From a virus: DNA of 64,000 nucleotides. The notes under the pieces are model-generated. The model did no database searches. It saw only the letters and a list, made by a program, of their open reading frames with translations, and was not told the origin of the DNA. Of the stretch, positions 58,240 to 64,000 are shown one piece after another. The position numbers were made by a program, and so were the translations under genes. The stretch is from IMG/VR virus record IMGVR_UViG_3300024996_000004. One strand, 5' to 3'. Positions within the stretch are counted from its first letter, which is position 1. Each line of letters starts with the position of its first letter.

Positions 58240-58419
58240 ATGGATAATAAAGTTCATTTAGAATCTTTTAAACATCATTCAGTTGAAGATGTCAATGCTT
58301 CTATCATGAAATTAATCGATTTTGTTGAATGGCAGAGAAAGATGCCAGATAATGTTGTCTTTTACACTAAAGAAGATATATTCAAACATTTAAGTAAACA
58401 TCTCTCATTTTATTCATGA
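58240..58419 (+). CDS. Small hypothetical protein (59 aa, MDNKVHLESF...)
   Basis: Not in the track; follows TATAAATA and is coupled to 58416. Confidence 0.5.
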   Translation: MDNKVHLESFKHHSVEDVNASIMKLIDFVEWQRKMPDNVVFYTKEDIFKHLSKHLSFYS

Positions 58420-58607
58420 TCGATCACGTCCAATTAGCTAAACTCATCGAAGTTCATGGAATAGAACAAACGTTAACCATGATATCTATCGAAGATATAG
58501 AAGATTTAACACTAAAGATAATTATGAGAACAATTGCCCATTCTCTAGAAAGTTTGTATATCGCAATCGGTGAATTATCCAATATAAATGAGTCTAAACA
58601 TTCATAA
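58416..58607 (+). CDS. Small hypothetical protein
   Basis: ATGA overlap with the upstream ORF. Confidence 0.5.
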   Translation: MIDHVQLAKLIEVHGIEQTLTMISIEDIEDLTLKIIMRTIAHSLESLYIAIGELSNINESKHS

Positions 58608-58631
58608 ATAATAGCATAAACATTTTGTGCT

Positions 58632-60530
58632 ATGGCAACCTCAAATATAATTTCAACAAGTATAAACTCAAAGCCATCACCCATTGATGCTTTCGTAGAT
58701 TATTTCAATGAAGTAAAACCATATCACTCTAAAATATTAGAAATTATTCAACGCTACAATTTTTATGATAATGTCATTGTTAATATAGAAGAGTTAGAGA
58801 ATTATAAATTCACCATAGAAAACAATCCATTATGTGGACCTGTAGGGTTTGGATTGGAATGGGATGATGATTGTGGTTTTGATGCTTTGGAATGTTGTTC
58901 TCTCGGAACATGTACTATTCCCGAAGGTCCATATCCACAATTAACAACTGTAGTTGATGGGACAGTAAGTTCTATCATTGCAGATTCTGGAAATATAATC
59001 ATACAAGGTAATCATACATATGACAGTACATTTTCCATTCAACGCATTATTAACAATAATACATTTTCTGTTTTTGGCGATGCTACATCTTTCCTTGCGG
59101 CACAACCAGTTTTCAGAATTGTTCCATTAAACACTTTACCATATACCATTAATAATGTAAACAGCATAACTATTTCAGGTAATTATGCTGCTCAATTTAC
59201 ATCACATCAAATTTTTCAGATTATTGGTAGTAAACATAATGATGGTAATCATTCTGTCTATTCTGCAATATATTCAGCAGGAACCAATTCAACCACTATT
59301 TTCGTTGCTGAAGATTTAACACCAAACGATTATGGTTCTATGTTAGTATCTACATCAACATTAAACAATGGCGTTTATAAAGCACTCAGCTATAATTATA
59401 ATGGCTCTATAACTACGATCACAGTTTCAACTTCTGTAAAATCACTTACATTAGAATCATCTTCATCTTCTATTATGTTTAAGGATGGATATTTACAAAA
59501 CCGAATTGGTAAATTATATAATACCTGTTCTGGTGAAATATGTCCCGATGATGGTGAATACATTATCATTGGAAGCTCTTACGATCCAGTAAACAATCTA
59601 ACTAATGTTTCTATAAGAAATGCTCTTACTGAAGATAGTAACATGGGCAGATTTGATTTAATGATTGATTTAAGTGTGGATGGTTATAAAGCTGATTTGT
59701 TATGCGCTACACCCAAAGAAAGTAACTTATCTGTTAACTTTTCTGAGAATTTGCAAATAGTTGGTGGTGTTGTTCCAGTTCCATCACCAACTCCGATGGC
59801 AACTGTTACACCAACACCTACCATAACACCAACTATATCAAATACACCGGGAATTTCGTCAACACCGACACCGACAATTACGCCAACAAAAACAACAATT
59901 GTACCAGCATCACCAACACCTACACCTACAAGAACAAAAACGCCGCCAGCAACTCCAACGAAAACGGCCACTATCACCCCAACAAAAACGCCACCAGTGA
60001 CGCAAACAAAAACGCCACCAGTGACACCAACGATGACGCCAACACATTCGCCAACGTCCTCAACATTGGTTATTGATGGAAATAGTTATATTGCAAATGC
60101 CGTTGCTAAACATGGGCCAAATTGGTCAGCCAACGCCGAGTTGACTTTACAATTTAATGCAAATGGTACTTATACAGTGAAGCGTAATAATAATGGTAGC
60201 GTTACAACGCCATTTAGTGGTACATGGTTGCCAGCAGGACAATTAGCTTCTAATTATACATTACTATTAACTCAAACTATCACATCACAAGATAATGGAA
60301 CCAACGGCGGAACAGGATATTCTAATTCAGCTTCTACGGCAAAACAAATGACGACATCTTATAATTCTCAAATAATTGCAACATTTAATTTTACTGGCCC
60401 AGCTATTCCAACTAGTGTATCAGGTGGTTCAATTTCATCTACCATAGTTATTAAATTGACTAACACAGTTGATGGAACAACTTTGAATGGTACTATAAAC
60501 ATGTTATGTACAACATTCTCATCTAGTTAA
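58632..60530 (+). CDS. Virion structural protein with Pro/Thr linker
   Basis: 'Y..EVKPYH.KI' baseplate-type motif, (TPT)n linker, C-domain shared with 17848; late promoter. Confidence 0.65.
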   Translation: MATSNIISTSINSKPSPIDAFVDYFNEVKPYHSKILEIIQRYNFYDNVIVNIEELENYKFTIENNPLCGPVGFGLEWDDDCGFDALECCSLGTCTIPEGPYPQLTTVVDGTVSSIIADSGNIIIQGNHTYDSTFSIQRIINNNTFSVFGDATSFLAAQPVFRIVPLNTLPYTINNVNSITISGNYAAQFTSHQIFQIIGSKHNDGNHSVYSAIYSAGTNSTTIFVAEDLTPNDYGSMLVSTSTLNNGVYKALSYNYNGSITTITVSTSVKSLTLESSSSSIMFKDGYLQNRIGKLYNTCSGEICPDDGEYIIIGSSYDPVNNLTNVSIRNALTEDSNMGRFDLMIDLSVDGYKADLLCATPKESNLSVNFSENLQIVGGVVPVPSPTPMATVTPTPTITPTISNTPGISSTPTPTITPTKTTIVPASPTPTPTRTKTPPATPTKTATITPTKTPPVTQTKTPPVTPTMTPTHSPTSSTLVIDGNSYIANAVAKHGPNWSANAELTLQFNANGTYTVKRNNNGSVTTPFSGTWLPAGQLASNYTLLLTQTITSQDNGTNGGTGYSNSASTAKQMTTSYNSQIIATFNFTGPAIPTSVSGGSISSTIVIKLTNTVDGTTLNGTINMLCTTFSSS

Positions 60531-61060
60531 ATAGATTGAGTTAATATTGTTTTAATTTTTTCAATAGTTGACTTAGTATCTGTATGCAAAATACCGATGC
60601 CTCCTGCAGCAATCCAAGGATCAATAGATTTGGCTCTGTCATCTATGAGAATAGTGTGAGGCGTTGCAAATTGAGCTTTATCAGCACTTTTTATTACTAT
60701 TTCAACTCTTAAATCTTCATAATGTTTTTTATACCATCGAAGTTTCTGTTCTCCGCCATCTTTTGGTGTTGAACCTTTTGCGGTGAGAATAAAATAATCT
60801 TCAAAAGTATCCCTTACAAAATCAATAAGTTGATCAGCATCACACATTTTTTGTAAAGATTCAAAAAAGGGTTCAACATGACGATCATGCCAATCAATAG
60901 CTCCCCACATTCTTTTTTTATCAATGATGGATTCATCGATCCGAGCTATGGTAGAAAGTTCTTCTTTTGGAATAATTTTAAGGATTTCCACAACTTTTCT
61001 CGAAAAGTCGCAGATCACACCATCACTATCTATGGCAATTGTATATTTGGAAGTTTTCAT
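60527..61060 (-). CDS. HAD 5'-nucleotidase
   Basis: IDSDGVICDF, ILT, QK..W, ILIDDR..SI..W..AGG.GILH. Confidence 0.85.
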   Translation of the reverse strand: MKTSKYTIAIDSDGVICDFSRKVVEILKIIPKEELSTIARIDESIIDKKRMWGAIDWHDRHVEPFFESLQKMCDADQLIDFVRDTFEDYFILTAKGSTPKDGGEQKLRWYKKHYEDLRVEIVIKSADKAQFATPHTILIDDRAKSIDPWIAAGGIGILHTDTKSTIEKIKTILTQSI

Positions 61061-61154
61061 GATTAAATTCTCTTTGCAGAGATTGTAACATGAAAGAGTT
61101 TGTCGCACAATATTGACTTATAAGAGATATAATGCTATATATCTAGAGTAACTG

Positions 61155-61445
61155 ATGAGGGTATCATTCGTGTCTGAAGAAGATTTCGTTGAAGAATTGA
61201 AAAAATTATCAAAAAACTTAAAAGTACAGACACTTGATGAAAATGGTGATATTTTCGGTCACGGACAATTACTTGTAGCAATTACTCGATTGGATCGAAT
61301 GCTTAAAGAATATCATTCTACACAAAACGTGATACAAATGAATGGTGACAATTATAATTCAAATAAAGAATTAATAGATCATTATATAAAAGAAGCTGAT
61401 AATCTAGTTATTGGTGCATTGACCGTATTATCTTTCTATAATTAA
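61155..61445 (+). CDS. Hypothetical protein
   Basis: ORF with a sigma70-like promoter upstream. Confidence 0.5.
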   Translation: MRVSFVSEEDFVEELKKLSKNLKVQTLDENGDIFGHGQLLVAITRLDRMLKEYHSTQNVIQMNGDNYNSNKELIDHYIKEADNLVIGALTVLSFYN

Positions 61446-61642
61446 ATATTGCGTTCTACAACATCATAAGCATCTTTGAAGATTTCTACTATCCGTTGTA
61501 CTTCTTCATCCTGAATTTTATCTTCTTCTGGACTGTAATGTTCAAAATTGATAATATCAAATTCTATGAACAATTCACCAAGTTCAGTCATTTTTTCTTT
61601 AAGCATTTCGAAAAATGCTTCTCTATTTAAATTACGTATCAT
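61442..61642 (-). CDS. Hypothetical acidic protein
   Basis: ORF packing. Confidence 0.45.
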   Translation of the reverse strand: MIRNLNREAFFEMLKEKMTELGELFIEFDIINFEHYSPEEDKIQDEEVQRIVEIFKDAYDVVERNI

Positions 61643-61648
61643 TAAATT

Positions 61649-61837
61649 TTAACCCATTAATAATGTTTTGCCATCACTTAATATCGGAATGATAACGGCT
61701 TTATTTTTTGTATCTTCAGCTAATCCGAGAATAGCAGCTTCAGCTAGAATTTTATTAGTATGTTCACTAATTATTCTACCTTCCACCATAACCCTATATT
61801 TTATATTATTGTTATCTAGATTCATATAATTTTCCAT
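61649..61837 (-). CDS. Small conserved hypothetical protein
   Basis: 'Y.V.V.G...AE..I..L.......A.I.P...DGK.LL.G'. Confidence 0.55.
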   Translation of the reverse strand: MENYMNLDNNNIKYRVMVEGRIISEHTNKILAEAAILGLAEDTKNKAVIIPILSDGKTLLMG

Positions 61838-61928
61838 GATATCATATAAATTGATTTATATCAATTTATCTTGGTTATTTAGTATGAACTCTGAATTGTG
61901 TATAAATAATAGAAAATAAGATTTTATC

Positions 61929-62822
61929 ATGATTAAAACAACATTTAAAGATTATCTAAAAGAATCCCTTAATGAGATGGCAATAAAAGATTATCAGACC
62001 ATTGGCGATTTTAGTAAAAATAGTTCTTTTAGAGATAAACGAGATAGAATGCTTATTCAAAATCCCCGAAGCATTGAGTTAGTTAAAAAGAAATTTAATA
62101 ATACTGATTATGACTTCAATTTTTATTTTGTCAATTCAGCCAAAGCTAATCGTCATACTGAAGTAGGCGTAGTTAATCCAGAATGGTTAAAAACTAATCT
62201 CGGTGATGATGTTTATAATGCTGTAACTAAAGGTATGCAAGATAACGATGATACTATATCTGTGGTATTCACTAATAATAAAGGATCAGAACGTCGAAAT
62301 TTGACAGGCTGGATGATGGCACATAGAATTTTTCATGCTCTTGCCATAGGGAATTACAGACGTGAAAATCATCTATATATAGAAGCATCAAATTTTATTA
62401 TTAGTACTTTAAAGGAAATAATGCATTTTTATGGAAACGACTCTTATCCAGATAATGAAAGGAGATTAGTGACATATGGTTATGGTGATCGTCATCAAGC
62501 CAGAAAAGATCAACTCGGAATGATTTATTTCTTCCAAAAAGTTTGCACTTTTAGATCGGCCAGAGAAGGTATAATTCGTGATTGGTTCGAAGTGTTAAAC
62601 GAACTTGGTGCACAATACCTAACCACCGGAAGAATTCGATTTAACGATGCGCCACAATGTTTTGGTAATAATGCATATGGAAAAAATGCATACAGAAAAT
62701 GTGTGCGATCCCAAGATGATTTAAGTGAAGTTAATGAACTTCTAGAAACATTATCTAGAGATTTAACATATTATTTAGATAATATCTTAGGTGCTGCTGT
62801 TAATAAAATTTTTGTAATGTAA
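61929..62822 (+). CDS. Putative internal head protein with zincin-like HRxxH motif
   Basis: TATAAATA promoter; FKDYLKESLNE/M leader; WMMAHRIFHA...E...E..AQY. Confidence 0.55.
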   Translation: MIKTTFKDYLKESLNEMAIKDYQTIGDFSKNSSFRDKRDRMLIQNPRSIELVKKKFNNTDYDFNFYFVNSAKANRHTEVGVVNPEWLKTNLGDDVYNAVTKGMQDNDDTISVVFTNNKGSERRNLTGWMMAHRIFHALAIGNYRRENHLYIEASNFIISTLKEIMHFYGNDSYPDNERRLVTYGYGDRHQARKDQLGMIYFFQKVCTFRSAREGIIRDWFEVLNELGAQYLTTGRIRFNDAPQCFGNNAYGKNAYRKCVRSQDDLSEVNELLETLSRDLTYYLDNILGAAVNKIFVM

Positions 62823-63533
62823 TTACCATTCTATCTCAACATTCTTAATAACTTGTCTGCATAATTCTGGATCAAACCAATCATCAGTTCTTATTCCAGA
62901 TTCCATATCAATATAATAGCTTTCAAGTTTATTTAAATTGTGAATTTTATCATTTATTTGTTTAACATTACTTGGATTTATGCCGCCAGCATATCCAGTG
63001 AAATGAGTTTTAAAAACGGGAAGAATATCAGTCAATTCTTTATTATAACCACCGGATGCATCATATAATATGCTTATGGCTTCTCTACAAGTTCTATTGT
63101 TATCATATGTTATTAACTTATCAATTAAAGAAGTTTTACTCTTATTATGTTGAATGATAATATCATTTAGTTCACATTTTTGTAGTATCTTATCGACAAG
63201 CTCATCTTCGTCATAATTGTTAACATTTAAATTCAATTGAATTCTACCAAAATTCTTTTTAACTAAACGCATGATATCTTCGTTATCAGAGAAGAAACCA
63301 TCTATACTTTCACTACCACATAAATGCAATGATGATATCAAATCGTGATGATACATTTTATCGAAAATTTTTAAACATTCATCATATGCAGGATAACGTT
63401 TATGTTTTCCAGATTTATTGATAGAATATAAAACACCAAATTCCAAAGGATAACCTGAGTTATCTTGTAACTTTATTAGATCATCAATGTTAGTTTTAGA
63501 ATCAATGCCTACGAACGAAATGAGTTCAAGCAT
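62823..63533 (-). CDS. PRA-isomerase-like TIM-barrel protein
   Basis: G.D, EFGVL, LHLCG, RIQLN, L.DASGG, GYAGGI.P.NV, IDMESG.R...FD. Confidence 0.7.
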   Translation of the reverse strand: MLELISFVGIDSKTNIDDLIKLQDNSGYPLEFGVLYSINKSGKHKRYPAYDECLKIFDKMYHHDLISSLHLCGSESIDGFFSDNEDIMRLVKKNFGRIQLNLNVNNYDEDELVDKILQKCELNDIIIQHNKSKTSLIDKLITYDNNRTCREAISILYDASGGYNKELTDILPVFKTHFTGYAGGINPSNVKQINDKIHNLNKLESYYIDMESGIRTDDWFDPELCRQVIKNVEIEW

Positions 63534-63543
63534 AAAAAATCCT

Positions 63544-63915
63544 CTATTTTAATATTTTTGGTAATGCGTCAATAGAAATAGTCGGAACGATGTTTTGGAT
63601 CAACTTATTATCTGTTATAAAATCATTAGTATCTTTTGCTTGATGTTTAGATGGATCAATTGATGATGTAATATGATACTTACTTCCATCAGATCGTGTG
63701 CTTGTTCCATCAACAGAAACCAAAAAAGCATCCAAACCATCAACTGAAAGATATCCAATAACTCTAATATCTAAAGGTTTAGGTGGTAAAGTATAATCAT
63801 CATCAATTCCAAAGTCAACGGTAATATGATGACAGATAATCCTTTCGTTTTTAGGAGGATAAAGATTCAATAAAATTTTTCTACTATCTTCTGATAAAAC
63901 GTAGGCAGAATACAT
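63544..63915 (-). CDS. 2H phosphoesterase (tRNA-ligase CPDase-like)
   Basis: Two HxT motifs: HHITV and YHITS. Confidence 0.7.
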   Translation of the reverse strand: MYSAYVLSEDSRKILLNLYPPKNERIICHHITVDFGIDDDYTLPPKPLDIRVIGYLSVDGLDAFLVSVDGTSTRSDGSKYHITSSIDPSKHQAKDTNDFITDNKLIQNIVPTISIDALPKILK

Positions 63916-64000
63916 GATAATTCCTATTAATTTAGAGAACAATTATTTTCTTGATAGCTTAACCATGCAACAAAATCTTGATATCCACCTATATGTTTTG

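Noticed and set aside
1-64000. Stop-codon reassignment (code 15 or 4), as in some jumbo phages
   Set aside because: Core genes are full length in code 11, and TAG and TGA both terminate genes.

Overview
This is a 64-kb segment of an AT-rich, T4-like jumbo myophage genome, not a bacterial chromosome. It uses genetic code 11, sigma70-type early promoters (TTGACA-N17-TAnnnT) and T4-type late promoters (TATAAATA/CATAAATA). Core genes are the terminase large subunit, gp32 SSB, UvsX/UvsY/UvsW, clamp loader subunits, a GroES-like chaperonin, primase, NAD-dependent ligase, spanins and several Pro/Thr-linker virion proteins. Accessory content includes a ~9-kb NAD/ADP-ribose island: NADAR, NMNAT-Nudix and NAMPT, plus an unexplained PRTase-like / NadE / 2OG-Fe(II) oxygenase / HIGH-nucleotidyltransferase quartet. 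Also present are nucleotide-sanitising enzymes, PhoH, an Acb1-like 2H phosphoesterase, ClpP and a circularly permuted two-piece tmRNA. The strongest candidates for undescribed biology are: (1) the four-gene NadE/2OG/HIGH/PRT module; (2) a miniature DnaE-type polymerase split into two genes 8 kb apart at the catalytic motif, alongside a primase with a degenerate DxD motif and a DEDD exonuclease whose acidic residues became histidines; (3) a set of putative capsid-packaged enzymes with protease-cleavable leaders; (4) a ~156-nt hairpin with a perfect 40-bp stem upstream of clpP. All calls come from motif recognition by eye; no database searches were run.
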